The notes below the pieces were generated by a model that saw only the letters and a list, made by a program, of their open reading frames with translations, searched no databases and was not told the DNA's origin. Both the position numbers and the translations under genes were made by a program. From the NCBI GenBank assembly GCA_963667515.2, contig CAXXXY010000006.1, positions 80,531-112,530 of the forward strand: 32,000 nucleotides of DNA. The letters run 5' to 3'. Shown here one piece after another: positions 8,474-17,306 of the stretch. Source of the DNA: Dehalococcoidia bacterium (lineage in GTDB: Bacteria; Chloroflexota; Dehalococcoidia; UBA2979). The number at the start of each line of letters is the position of its first letter. The stretch's first letter is position 1.

Positions 8474-8961
8474 GCCGCAGTAGTTCAGCCCCAGCTCCCC
8501 GAGCGTCAGCGCCTGCGGTGCCTCCGCGCGCAGCCCCACGTCGACGACCTCCGCGACGACGACGGCGTGGTCGCCGCGCTCGATCGTCTCGGCGAGGCGC
8601 AGCTCGGCCCACGCCGGCGCCTCGGCGAGCACGACGGCGCCGCCCGGCGTGCGCTCCACGCCGACGCGACGGTCCTTCGTCACCAGCTCGTCGCCCTCGA
8701 GCTCGGCGTCCCCGAAGAAGGCGAAGGCGAGATCGCCCTGCCCCGTGCCGAGGAACGAGAGCGCCGCCGCCCCGCCCGCCTGCACGTTCGCGAGCGAGCG
8801 CGTCCCCTGCTTCACCCCCAGCGCCAGCAACGGCGGCTCGAACGACATCAGCGAGACCCAGTTGATCGTCCCCGCGACGGTGCTGCCGTCGTGCGTGCGG
8901 TGAGCACGTAGAGGCCGTACGGGATCATCCGCAGCGTGGTCTTGCGTGCGTCGGCGTCCAT
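8471..8961 (-). pseudogene. Flavin reductase-like (FMN-binding split-barrel) protein, frame-disrupted
   Basis: ATG at 8961 with RBS GAGGGGAG gives 'MDADARKTTLRMIPYGLYVLTA'. The continuation 'HDGSTVAGTINWVSLMSFEPPLLALGV..' is in another frame, with a 1-nt shift near 8889-8890 in an ACG-repeat stretch. Confidence 0.7.
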
Positions 8962-9061
8962 GACGCTCCCCTCGCATCGCTCGGCGGCGCCGATTCTCGC
9001 CGCGCCGCCCAGGCGCTCGACGGCCGCACGGTGAGGCGCCGCACCCGCTGTCAAAGGCGCG

Positions 9062-9496
9062 CTACAGCCCGCTGCGCCCCGGAGGGGCGGGCCGTCGCGC
9101 CGGCGGCCGCACCCGGCGCCACAGCAGCGCCGCGAGCAGCACAGCCCCGCCGAGCTGGAGCGCCGCCGAGCCCCAGCGCACGGGGATCGGCGCCCCGATC
9201 ATGCCGCCGAAGGCGAGGTCGGTGACCGCGCGCAGCAGCAGGCCGCCGTTCAGCGCCGCCCACCCGGCGAGCACGAAGCGCGGCGCGGCGACCGTGCCCG
9301 GCAACCGCGGGAACATCCACCACGCGACGCCGATCACCGTGTTGAGCAGCCAGCCGACGAGCAGCAGATGCGTGTGCGAGACGCGGCGCCCGTGCGTGAG
9401 CCTCGAGGGCTCGGCGAGGCCGATCGCGCCGATCACCATGCCCGCCACGAAGAACGCGAGCCCGGTGCGCAGGAAGAGGATCGCGAGCCCGCTCAC
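9062..9496 (-). CDS. Hypothetical 4-TM integral membrane protein
   Basis: 144 aa, four hydrophobic segments, His/Trp-rich motif 'HTHLLLVGWLLNTVIGVAWWMFPR'. No family assignment possible from memory. Confidence 0.55.
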   Translation of the reverse strand: MSGLAILFLRTGLAFFVAGMVIGAIGLAEPSRLTHGRRVSHTHLLLVGWLLNTVIGVAWWMFPRLPGTVAAPRFVLAGWAALNGGLLLRAVTDLAFGGMIGAPIPVRWGSAALQLGGAVLLAALLWRRVRPPARRPAPPGRSGL

Positions 9497-9560
9497 GGCG
9501 GCGCGCGCCGGCCATCGAGCGCCGGGCGCGGCGGCCGGCGCTCGATGGCCGGCGCGCGCG

Positions 9561-10329
9561 CTAGAGACGGGCGTTCGCGATCGCGATGTGGCGGCGCGTG
9601 TCGCGCTCTAGCGTCGCCGCCTGCTTGGGGCGTGACCTCGTCGCAGAGCCAGTCCCAGTGCAGCGTCACTTTGGCGCCCGGCGCGAGCGCGTCGAGGTAA
9701 CCGCGGCCGCCCGCGGCGCGCCGCGCCTCGCGCGCCTCGAGCGCACCCAGCGCGAGGCGGCCCGCGGCCAGCAGCAGCGGCCGCGCGCGCACGCGCGCGC
9801 GCTCCACGTCGAGTGCCTCGACCACCCCCCAGCCGATGCGGCAGCGGTCCAGCGCCTGCACGTCATCGGGCAGCGCCCCCGCGCGCGTGCTCACGTCCAG
9901 CACGTGGAAGGAGTGGTGCGGCCGCGCGCCCGCCGGCACCTGCCCCGCGAGGTGGCGCAGCAGCCGCGGGGGAACGCGCCGCCCCACGCTCTCCTCGACG
10001 AAGGCGTGGAAGCCGCGCGCGTCGACACGACGCGTGAGCGCGTCGCCCAGCCAGTACGCCTCCACGACGCGCGCGTCGAAGGGGTCGGCGATCCCGCTGC
10101 CGCGCGCGATGACGCCGAGGTAGGGGTACGCCGCCTGGAACTGGCGGATCAGCGGATCGATGCCGGGGTCCGCCTCGTCGGCGACGCAGTAGGCGAAGAG
10201 CTCGTCGTCGTCGGGGCCGCCGCAGTAGCCCAGCCGGTTGGGTGCGATGGCGTAGCGCGCGAAGAGCAGCCGGCCGTCGCGCGCGGGTGCGAGCTGCGGC
10301 GTCGCCTCGAGCGTCGCGCCGTCAGGCAG
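9561..10329 (-). pseudogene. Conserved hypothetical protein with 'APNRLGYCGGP' Cys motif; start codon unclear and C-terminal frameshift
   Basis: The frame is open from just beyond the DMT stop ('..LLFARYAIAPNRLGYCGGPDDDELFAYC..AYPYLGVIARGSG..EAYWLGD..HWDWLCDEV') but has no ATG/GTG/TTG before GTG 10065. After 'DEVT' an extra base in the run at 9627-9630 breaks the frame. The plausible ending 'KQAATLERDTRRHIAIANARL*' stops at 9561-9563. Confidence 0.5.
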
Positions 10330-11371
10330 CGCGCGGCCCCGACCCGGAGCGCAGCGCGCCCGCGGCTGAGGCGAGCGCGGGCGCGGGCGCCCGAGCCGCC
10401 GCGGGGCCCCCGGCGCGAGCGCCGCGGCGCCCGAGCTCGGCGGCCGCGAGCCAGAGCGCGGCGGCCACCGCGATCAGCGCGAGGCCGGCGGCCTGCTCGG
10501 CGCTGTAGCTGCGCGAGCCCGCCGCGGCATGCAGCGCCGAGGTCACCACCGAGCTCACGACGAGGATCGACGCCACCATCGTGGCGGGGGCGCGGCGCAG
10601 CGCAGCGTAGTAGCCGCCGACGTAGCCCAGCAGCAGCGCCGCCGTCGCCAGCACCCAGCCCCACTGCGCGGGGCCGAGCGCCGCCAGGTCGTCGGCGCGG
10701 CCGCTCGTCGCGAGGAAGGCGAGCATCACCAGCACGCCGAAGCCCATGCGGCCCAGCGCCGCCAGCGGCACCGAGAGCCCGCCCGCGAGGAAGCGTCGCG
10801 CCAGCACCGCCTCCGCCGCCCACAGCAGCGTGGCGGCCAGCGTCAGCGCCTCGGGCCGGCCCAGCGACAGGCTCGACGGCCGGCCCGCCAGCGCGAGGTG
10901 CCCCACCAGCAGCACCGCGAGCGCCGCCAGCGGCAGCGCGCCAAGCCGCTCGCGCAACAGCGGCAGCGCCAGCAGCGCGACCCAGATCACCAGCGTCTTG
11001 TGCATGAACGCCGCGCTGGGCGCCGCGGCCGCGCGCAGCCCCTCGAAGAAGAGCAGGAAGGGGATGCCGCCTCCGACCAGCCCCAGCGTCGCGAGCCGTG
11101 CCCAGCCGCCGCGCCCCAGCCCGCGCAGCTCGGCGGGGCGCACCGAGGCCGCCACGACGCCCACCAGCGCCACCACGGCGTTCTTCGCCGTCGTGAAGAC
11201 GAAGGGGTCGGGCAGCTCGCGCACGGCGAACGAGTTCACGTAGATCGAGACGCCCGAGAGCAGCGCCGTGGCGAGCGCGATCGCCGCGCCCGCCCGCACG
11301 AGCTCGCCACGCGCCGCGCCGTGGCGCTCGCGCTCCCGCCCACGCTCGCCCACCGTCGCGTACAGCCTCAT
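10322..11371 (-). CDS. EamA/DMT-superfamily permease
   Basis: 349 aa, about 10 TM segments with two EamA-like halves. Its ATG (11371) overlaps the hypC stop (ATGA). RBS GGAGGCG. Confidence 0.8.
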   Translation of the reverse strand: MRLYATVGERGRERERHGAARGELVRAGAAIALATALLSGVSIYVNSFAVRELPDPFVFTTAKNAVVALVGVVAASVRPAELRGLGRGGWARLATLGLVGGGIPFLLFFEGLRAAAAPSAAFMHKTLVIWVALLALPLLRERLGALPLAALAVLLVGHLALAGRPSSLSLGRPEALTLAATLLWAAEAVLARRFLAGGLSVPLAALGRMGFGVLVMLAFLATSGRADDLAALGPAQWGWVLATAALLLGYVGGYYAALRRAPATMVASILVVSSVVTSALHAAAGSRSYSAEQAAGLALIAVAAALWLAAAELGRRGARAGGPAAARAPAPALASAAGALRSGSGPRAA

Positions 11372-11619
11372 CGGTTCGCCTCCGCTCCACGGCTCGCCGC
11401 CTCCGCCGCGGCCCCGAGCTCCGCCAGCAGCGCGTCCAGCTCGCGCGCCTCCTCGGCGGTCGCGCGCTCGACGGCCATGCCCAGCGCGACGAGCACGTGG
11501 TCGCCCGGTGCGAGGCCCAGCAGCGCCAGCGCCGACACCTCGCGCGCCACGCCCCCCACCTCGACGAGGGCGCGCGCACCCTCGGCGCGCAGCACGCGGC
11601 CCGGTAGCGCCGTGCACAT
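11368..11619 (-). CDS. hypC: Hydrogenase maturation chaperone HypC/HybG/HupF family
   Basis: 83 aa starting 'MCTALPGRVL..' (N-terminal Cys after Met) and '..GDHVLVALGMAVERATAEEA', as in HypC. The start overlaps the hypA-like stop (TGATG). Confidence 0.88.
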   Translation of the reverse strand: MCTALPGRVLRAEGARALVEVGGVAREVSALALLGLAPGDHVLVALGMAVERATAEEARELDALLAELGAAAEAASRGAEANR

Positions 11620-11860
11620 CAGGACGGTCCCGGCACCACGACGCTCTCGAGCGCCACGCCGCCCGTCGCGGCCGAGCGGATCTCGATCGCCGCGCCCTCG
11701 GCGGGCGTCCCCGCGGCCGCAGCGAGCAGCGAGAGCTCGAGCGCCCCCGCCTCGAAGCCTCCCTCGGGGCCCAGCCGCAGCCGCAGCGCCGCCAGCTCGC
11801 CGCCCCCGCCGCCTCCACCGCGCGCGTCACGATGCGACGCGCGACGCCGAGCTCGTGCAT
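11619..11860 (-). pseudogene. hypA: HypA-like nickel-insertion protein lacking the zinc-finger domain, frame-disrupted
   Basis: 'MHELGVARRIVTRAVEAAG' (MHE nickel-binding N-terminus) from ATG 11860. The rest, 'ELAALRLRLGPEGGFEAGALELSLLAAAAGTPAEGAAIEIRSAATGGVALESVVV', is in another frame, with the shift at the C5/G5 run 11803-11807. There are no CxxC..CxxC motifs. Confidence 0.65.
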
Positions 11861-12404
11861 CGCAGCTCCTCCTCCACCGCCTCCAGCAGCGGCCCAGCGC
11901 GCGCTCGCACGACCGCGAGAGCGGCGCGCCGTGCTCCACCGCCTCGGGCTCGACGCCGTAGATCACGAGCGAGGCGGGGAGCCGGCCGAGCGCGCGCGCC
12001 AGATCGACGGCCGCCGCCGCGCCCAGCCCATGCGTCGAGGCGCCGCCGCGCGCCAGCCGCCCCGCGAGCCGCCCCGGCAGCGGCGCCGCGCGCGCGTCGA
12101 CGCGGTGCACCGTCCCCGGCGGCGCACCCGTGCGCACCGCGTCCAGCAGCAGCACGCTCGGCTCCCCGTCCCACGCCGCCAGCAGCCCCGCCGCGTCGCC
12201 GTCCGCGAGCAGCACCCGCGCCGCCACGCCGGGGCGCTGCGCGAGCCGCGCGCGCAGTCGCTCCGCCGCGACGAGGCCGACGGCGTCGTCGCCGCGCAGC
12301 CGGTTGCCGACGCCGATCACGAGCGGCGGCGCTGCGCCCCGATCGCGCGCCGCCGCCACGCCTCGACGGCGCGCCTCGCCGCGCCTCGTCACGCGCGCGG
12401 CCAT
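11827..12404 (-). pseudogene. [NiFe]-hydrogenase maturation endopeptidase (HyaD/HycI/FrhD family), frame-disrupted near the C-terminus
   Basis: 'PLVIGVGNRLRGDDAVGLVAAERL..LLLDAV..GAPPGTVHRVD..STHGLGAAAAVDLARALGRLPASLVIYGVEPE' are protease family motifs. The ATG (12404) overlaps the large-subunit stop. The shift is near 11915, after which 'VVRARAGPLLEAVEEEL' continues to TGA 11827. Confidence 0.75.
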
Positions 12405-13728
12405 CAGCCCCGTTCCACAGTGAGGTCGAGGAAGTGCGTGGCGCAGGAGATGCACGGGTCGAAGGCGCGGATCAGCTGCTCGCAGCCGTGCGTCAGCTCC
12501 GGCTCCGGGATGTCGAAGCGCGGCGCGGCGAGGGCGGCGAGATCCTCCTCGATCGCGCGCTGGTTCTGCGAGGTCGGCGGCACGATCTTCGCGTCGACGA
12601 TCGTCCCCTCGGCGTCGAGCGTGTAGCGGTGGTAGAGGAGGCCGCACGGCGCCTCGGTCACGGCGTAGCCCTCCCGGCGAGGCCGCTCCCGGCGCGCGGC
12701 TCGGCCTCGGCGAAGGGGGGCCGCGGCTGCTCGTACTCCGCGATCAGCCGCAGCGCCTCCTCGACGGCGAAGAGCAGCTCCGGCGCGCGCACCACGATCG
12801 AGCGGAACGGGTTGCGGAGCGGTGGCGCCACGCCCGCCACCTCGGCGGCCTCGCGCACGAGCGCCGGCAGCCGCTCGTAGTTGAAGGCGTAGCGCGCCAG
12901 CGGCCCGACGAGGTAGCTACGCTCCCCGTCGAGCAGCGAGTGCAGCGTCGTAGTGTACCGGAGCTACCGCTCCTCGAAGCGGTCGTCGTACTGCGGCGCC
13001 GCGACGTCGAGGCCGTCGCTCGAGACGATGCGCCCCTCGTTCATCGGGTACTCGGCGGGGTGGCGCAGCGCGACGAGCAGGTACTCCGCCTCGAACTCCG
13101 GCGTCGGCAGCGCCGCGGTCCAAACGACCAGCGCGAGCGCCTCTTCGCGCGCGCGCTCCAGCGTGGCGGCGAGCGGGCGCAGCTCGGCGGGGCGCGGCAC
13201 GCGATGGAAGCCGCCGACGCGCACGTTGATCGGGTGCACCTCGCGGCCGCCGACCAGCGCCATCACGGCGTTGCCCGCCGCCTTCAGCGCCAGCCCGCGC
13301 TCGACGACCTGCGGGTGGTCGGCGGCCATCGCGATCGCGTCTGGGTAGCCGAGGAAGTCCGGCGCGTGGAGCATCGTGACGTGCAGCGCGTGGCTCGCGA
13401 TCCATTCGCCGCAGTAGAGCGGGCGGCGCAGCTCGCGGACGCCGGCGGGCGGCACGAGGCCCAGCGCGTCCTCCATCGCGTGCACCGCGCTCATCTGGTA
13501 GGCGACGGGGCAGATGCCGCAGATGCGCGCCGTGATGTCGGGCGCCTCCGAGTAGTGCCGCCGCCGCAGGAAGCCCTCGAAGAAGCGCGGCGGCTCGAAG
13601 ATGGCGAGCTGCACCTCCTCGACGCGGCCGCCCGCGACGCGCAGGCGCAGCGATCCCTCGCCCGCCATCCGCGGCAGGTAGTCGACGCGGATCTCGCGCG
13701 TCCCGCTCTCGCGCGTGGCGTCGGTCAC
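12404..13728 (-). pseudogene. [NiFe]-hydrogenase large (alpha) subunit, group 3 type; in-frame TAG plus one frameshift
   Basis: GTG 13728 overlaps the small-subunit stop (GTGA). N-terminal Ni motif '[10 protein letters not shown]', central 'VGPLARYAFNYERL', C-terminal 'DPCISCATH'. Interrupted by TAG at 12964-12966 in the same frame, and by a 1-nt shift near 12674. Confidence 0.85.
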
Positions 13729-14482
13729 GGCGCCCCCTCGAGGCGCTCGGCCGCCGCGCGGAACGGCTCGGCGCCCGCGTGGAAGCTGCGGAACGCGCGC
13801 ACGAGCTCGCGGTCGCTCGCGCCCAGTGCGCGCCACCCCTCGGACAGCGACGCGGTGCTCGCCGTCTCGGCGGGGCCGTAGCAGCCGTAGCAACCGCGGT
13901 CGTAGCCCGGGCAGAGCGCGCCGCAGCCCGCGTGGGTGACGGGGCCCACGCAGACCGAGTGCTCCTCGATCCGCGGGCGCCGGCCCGCGAGGTAGGCGCT
14001 CATCACCTCGGCGAGCTGCCCCACGTCGATCGGGCAGCCGCGCAGCTCGAAGTCGACGGGCACGTGCTCGGAGATCGGCGTGGAGCGGTCGAGCGTGCGC
14101 ACGTACTCCGGCCGCGCGTAGACCACCGCGGCGAGCTCCCGCATGTCGACGAAGTTGCGCAGCGCCTGGATGCCGCCCGAGATGGCGCAGGCGCCGATCG
14201 TGACGAGCTACCGCGACTCCTCCCGCACGCGGTGGATGCGCCGCTCGTCCTCGGGCGTGGTGATCGAGCCCTCGACGAGCGAGAGGTCGTACGGCCCCGG
14301 CTCGGCGCGGCTGCTCGCCTCGGGGAAGTAGCGATCTCCACCTCGCGCGCCAGCGTCAGCAGATCGCGGTCGAGCGAGAGCACGGAGAGCTGGTAGCCGT
14401 CGCAGGAGGCGAACTTCCACACGGCGACGCGCGGCCGCCCTTCGCCTCGCCTGCGAGCCGTCACCACCGCGTGCGCGCTCAC
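13725..14482 (-). pseudogene. [NiFe]-hydrogenase small (delta) subunit, NuoB-like; in-frame TAG plus one frameshift
   Basis: GTG 14482 overlaps the gamma stop (GTGA). '[15 protein letters not shown]', '[39 protein letters not shown]', 'FELRGCPID', '[19 protein letters not shown]'. TAG at 14208-14210 in frame; shift near 14331. Confidence 0.85.
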
Positions 14483-15399
14483 AGCTCCGGCACCTCGAGG
14501 CAGCCGCCCAGCTCGGCGAACGAGAGCACCGGGCCGTCGCGGCAGACGAAGCTCTCGCGGAGCTGGCAGCGACCGCAGAGCCCCACGGCGCAGTGCATGT
14601 TGCGCTCCAGCGAGAGGTAGACGCGCTCCGGCGCGACGCCGCGCGCGGTGAGGTCGAGCGCGACCAGTGCATCATCATCTCGGGCCCGCAGACGAAGGCG
14701 ACGGCCTCGCGGGGCTCGAAGCGCGCGCGTCCGAGGTGCGCCGTGACCCAGCCGACGTCGCCGCGCCAGCGCTCGTCGGCGTGGTTCACCGTGACCAGCA
14801 CGTCGAGCTCCGGGTGGCGGCGCCAGCGCTCCAGCTCGCGGCGGAAGAGCAGCTCGCGCGGCGAGCTGGCGCCGTAGAGCAGCGTGGCGCGGCCGTAGCG
14901 CTCACGACGCTCGAGGATCGCGCGCAGCGCCGCCGCCAGCGGGGCGAGCCCCAGCCCGCCCGCGACGAGCAGCACGTCGGCGCCCTCCCCCTCGGCCTCG
15001 GCCTCGTCGAGCGGCCAGCCGCGCCCGAAGGGTCCGCACACCCCCACGGCATCGCCGCGCTCGAGGGCCCACAGCGCCTCGGTGACGGCGCCGACGGCGC
15101 GGATCGTGTGGCGAAGCGTGCCGCCCGGCTGCGTGGCGCTCGCCTCGGCGGCGCCCACCTGGGCCCGGCGCTCCCGGGCGCCGCTCACCGAGATCGGCGC
15201 CTCACCGACGCCCAGCGCGGTAAGGATCGTGAACTGCCCCGGCCGCACCTCGATCGGCGTCGCGGCCGGGCTCGAGCTCGAGCGAGCGCACGTCCGCCGT
15301 CTCGCGGCGCGTGCGGGCGATGCGCCAGATCGCGGGCAGCAGCGCCATCGTCGCGCCGGCCGGCGGAGAGGCTGGCGCGGGAGCCGCCAGCGCGCTCAC
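14479..15399 (-). pseudogene. Hydrogenase gamma subunit (FAD/NAD(P)-binding, PyrK/AsrB-like, with C-terminal Fe-S Cys cluster), two frameshifts
   Basis: '[27 protein letters not shown]' shifts (about 15268) to '[57 protein letters not shown]', which shifts (about 14670) to '[34 protein letters not shown]'. Candidate starts are GTG 15399 or ATG 15348. Confidence 0.75.
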
Positions 15400-15889
15400 G
15401 GCCGGGCTCGCGCGCGGGCGCCGCGCTCGCGGGCGGCGCGTAGAGGTGGAGCAACTGCAGCCGCGCCGCCTCCAGCCGCTGCGTCATGACCGCGACGAAG
15501 CGCGTGAGCAGCTCGTAGCCGAGCTCATGGTCGCCCGCGAACTTGCCGCGCAGGCAGGCGCCATCGAGCGCGACCACGCGCGTCAGCTCCAGCGCGCGCG
15601 CGTCGAAGCGCTGCACGTACGGCGGGACGATCCACGCCCAGCCGAGGATCTCGCCCTCGCCCAGCGTCTGCAGCGTGAGCCGCCCGCGGTCGGCGGCGTC
15701 CAGCTCGACGGCGACGCGGCCGTGGCGGATGAGGAAGAACTCGCGCGCGTCCTGGCCCTGGCGGAAGATCGTCTCGCCCGCGCGGTAGCGCGGGTTCGAG
15801 GCGCAGCCCGCGAGCAGCGCGATCTGCGCCTCGCTCATGCCGCGGAAGAAGGCGTGCTCGGCGAGGATGCCCTCGAGGCCGCGAATCAC
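15396..15889 (-). CDS. Cyclic-nucleotide-binding (CAP effector-type) domain protein embedded in the hydrogenase operon; 3' end uncertain
   Basis: GTG 15889 overlaps the beta stop (GTGA). '[77 protein letters not shown]' is a cNMP-binding fold. The printed frame has no stop until 15185. A GTGA start/stop overlap at 15396-15399 exists in a different frame, implying one more shift around 15400-15440. Confidence 0.7.
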
Positions 15890-17142
15890 GGCGCACCCTC
15901 CTCGCCCCGCGCGCCGCGACGCGCGCCCGCCGGCGGCGCCGCCCGCACCGGCATCGGCGCCGCGCGGATCGCCGCCGCCTCGTGCGTGATGTCGATGCCC
16001 ACGGGACACCAGGTGATGCAGCGCCCACAGCTGACGCGGCCCGAGCTGCCGAACTGGTCGATCCAGCTCGCGAGCTTGTGCGTCAGCCACTGCCGGTAGC
16101 GCGAGCGAGTGCTGCCGCGCACGTGGCCGCCGGCGAACGCGCTGAAGTCGAGGCTGAAGCAGGAGTCCCAGCGCCGCGTCCGCTCGACGTGGGCGCCCGT
16201 CAGGTCGCTCGTGTCGCTCACGGAGCTACAGAAGCAGGTGGGGCAGACCAGCGTCCAGTTGGTGCACGAGAGGCAGCGCGCGGCGACATCGTCCCAGCGC
16301 GGGTGCTCGGCGGCGGCGCGGAGCAGCTCGCGGATGCCCTTGGTGTCGAGCGAGCGGCCGAGCGAGACCGTCGTCGCCTTCACCACGGCGCGCGCTCGCT
16401 CGCGGTCCGCCGCCGTCGCCTCGCGGCGCGGCAGCCGCGCGAGCAGCGCGGAGCCGCGCTCGCTGCCCGCGCGCGCCAGCAGCTCGTGCGTGGCGCCGGC
16501 CTCGCGCCCCTCACCCGCCGGGGGCGTCAGCTCGGTGAGCGCCACGTCGAAGCCGTCCTCGACGCCGGGGCCCGCGTCCATGGAGGCGCAGAAGCAGGTG
16601 CCGCCCGCGACGGCGCACTCGACGGCGATCAGGAAGGCGCCCTCGCTCCGCCGCGCGTAGCCCGCGTCCACGTAGAAGCCGCCCGTGAAGACGCGGTCCT
16701 GCATCGCGATCGCGCGCAGCTCGCAGGCGCGCGCGCCGAGGAAGGCGTGGCGCGTCGCCTCGGGCGGCGGCGCCTCGACGGTCACGGCGTCGCCGTCGCG
16801 GCTCGCCTCCCGCAGCCGCTCGTGCGCGGGAAAGAGGAAGTGCTTCCACGAGTGCGGGCCGACGGCGTAGCCGAAGAGCGTCTCGTCGCCCCACCGCTCC
16901 AGGCGGTAGCGGCCCGGCTCCTGCCGGTCGCCCCAGCCCCGCGGCAGCTCGCCCGCGGAGTCGACGCGGTCGTAGACGATCGCGCCGTCGCGCACGGTGG
17001 GACCGACGACGGCGTAGCCATCCGAGCGTAGCGCCTCGATCAGCGCATCGAGCGCCCCGGGGTCGAGCACCCACGCGGCGGCGCTCTCGGCGAGGGGCTC
17101 GGCGATCGGCGTCTCGGCGGCCACGCTCCGCTCCCTCGGCAC
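15886..17142 (-). CDS. Hydrogenase beta subunit (4Fe-4S dicluster protein, AsrA/HydB-like)
   Basis: 418 aa, intact. '[10 protein letters not shown]', '[16 protein letters not shown]', '[16 protein letters not shown]' are Fe-S motifs. First gene of the minus-strand cluster. Confidence 0.8.
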   Translation of the reverse strand: MPRERSVAAETPIAEPLAESAAAWVLDPGALDALIEALRSDGYAVVGPTVRDGAIVYDRVDSAGELPRGWGDRQEPGRYRLERWGDETLFGYAVGPHSWKHFLFPAHERLREASRDGDAVTVEAPPPEATRHAFLGARACELRAIAMQDRVFTGGFYVDAGYARRSEGAFLIAVECAVAGGTCFCASMDAGPGVEDGFDVALTELTPPAGEGREAGATHELLARAGSERGSALLARLPRREATAADRERARAVVKATTVSLGRSLDTKGIRELLRAAAEHPRWDDVAARCLSCTNWTLVCPTCFCSSVSDTSDLTGAHVERTRRWDSCFSLDFSAFAGGHVRGSTRSRYRQWLTHKLASWIDQFGSSGRVSCGRCITWCPVGIDITHEAAAIRAAPMPVRAAPPAGARRGARGEEGAP

Positions 17143-17148
17143 AGGCGC

Positions 17149-17306
17149 CAGCGTTCCGCTGGACTCGAGGGGCTGCCGCTCCTGCCGGAGCAGCGCCGGT
17201 CGTTGCGCGCCCGCGCGGCGGGCCAGAGGGCTCGGCGAGCGGGCACCACCTAGGCGAGGCGAAACGCCAGCAGCAGCGGAAGCCCACCCGGTGCAGCGGA
17301 GCGCTG
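17149..17306. repeat. Dispersed inverted-repeat element, locus 3 (158 bp, one inverted arm pair)
   Basis: Reverse arm at 17149-17193: 'CAGCGTTCCGCTG-GACTCGAGG-GGCTGCCGCTCCTGC..'. Forward arm at 17268-17306: 'CAGCAGCAGCGGAAGCC-CACCCGGTG-CAGCGGAGCGCTG'. It fills the whole gap between the oxidoreductase stop (17308) and the hydrogenase start (17142). Confidence 0.85.

Noticed and set aside
10529-12880. 783-aa plus-strand ORF spanning the EamA/hyp/large-subunit region.
   Set aside because: It is antisense to a series of well-supported minus-strand genes. The translation is almost pure R/A/P/G with no domain-like segments.
12964-14210. In-frame TAG codons as pyrrolysine or a reassigned sense codon.
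   Set aside because: TAG is used as the ordinary stop of many well-delimited genes here (proC, YceI, SGNH, GT2, msrB, SBP 2, LLM, CMD protein). No pyl genes are visible. Mutation or sequence error is the simpler explanation.
15785-15800. tRNA T-arm-like 'GGGTTCGAGGCGCAGCCC'.
   Set aside because: It lies inside the well-supported cNMP-binding-domain coding sequence. No acceptor or anticodon stems can be drawn around it.
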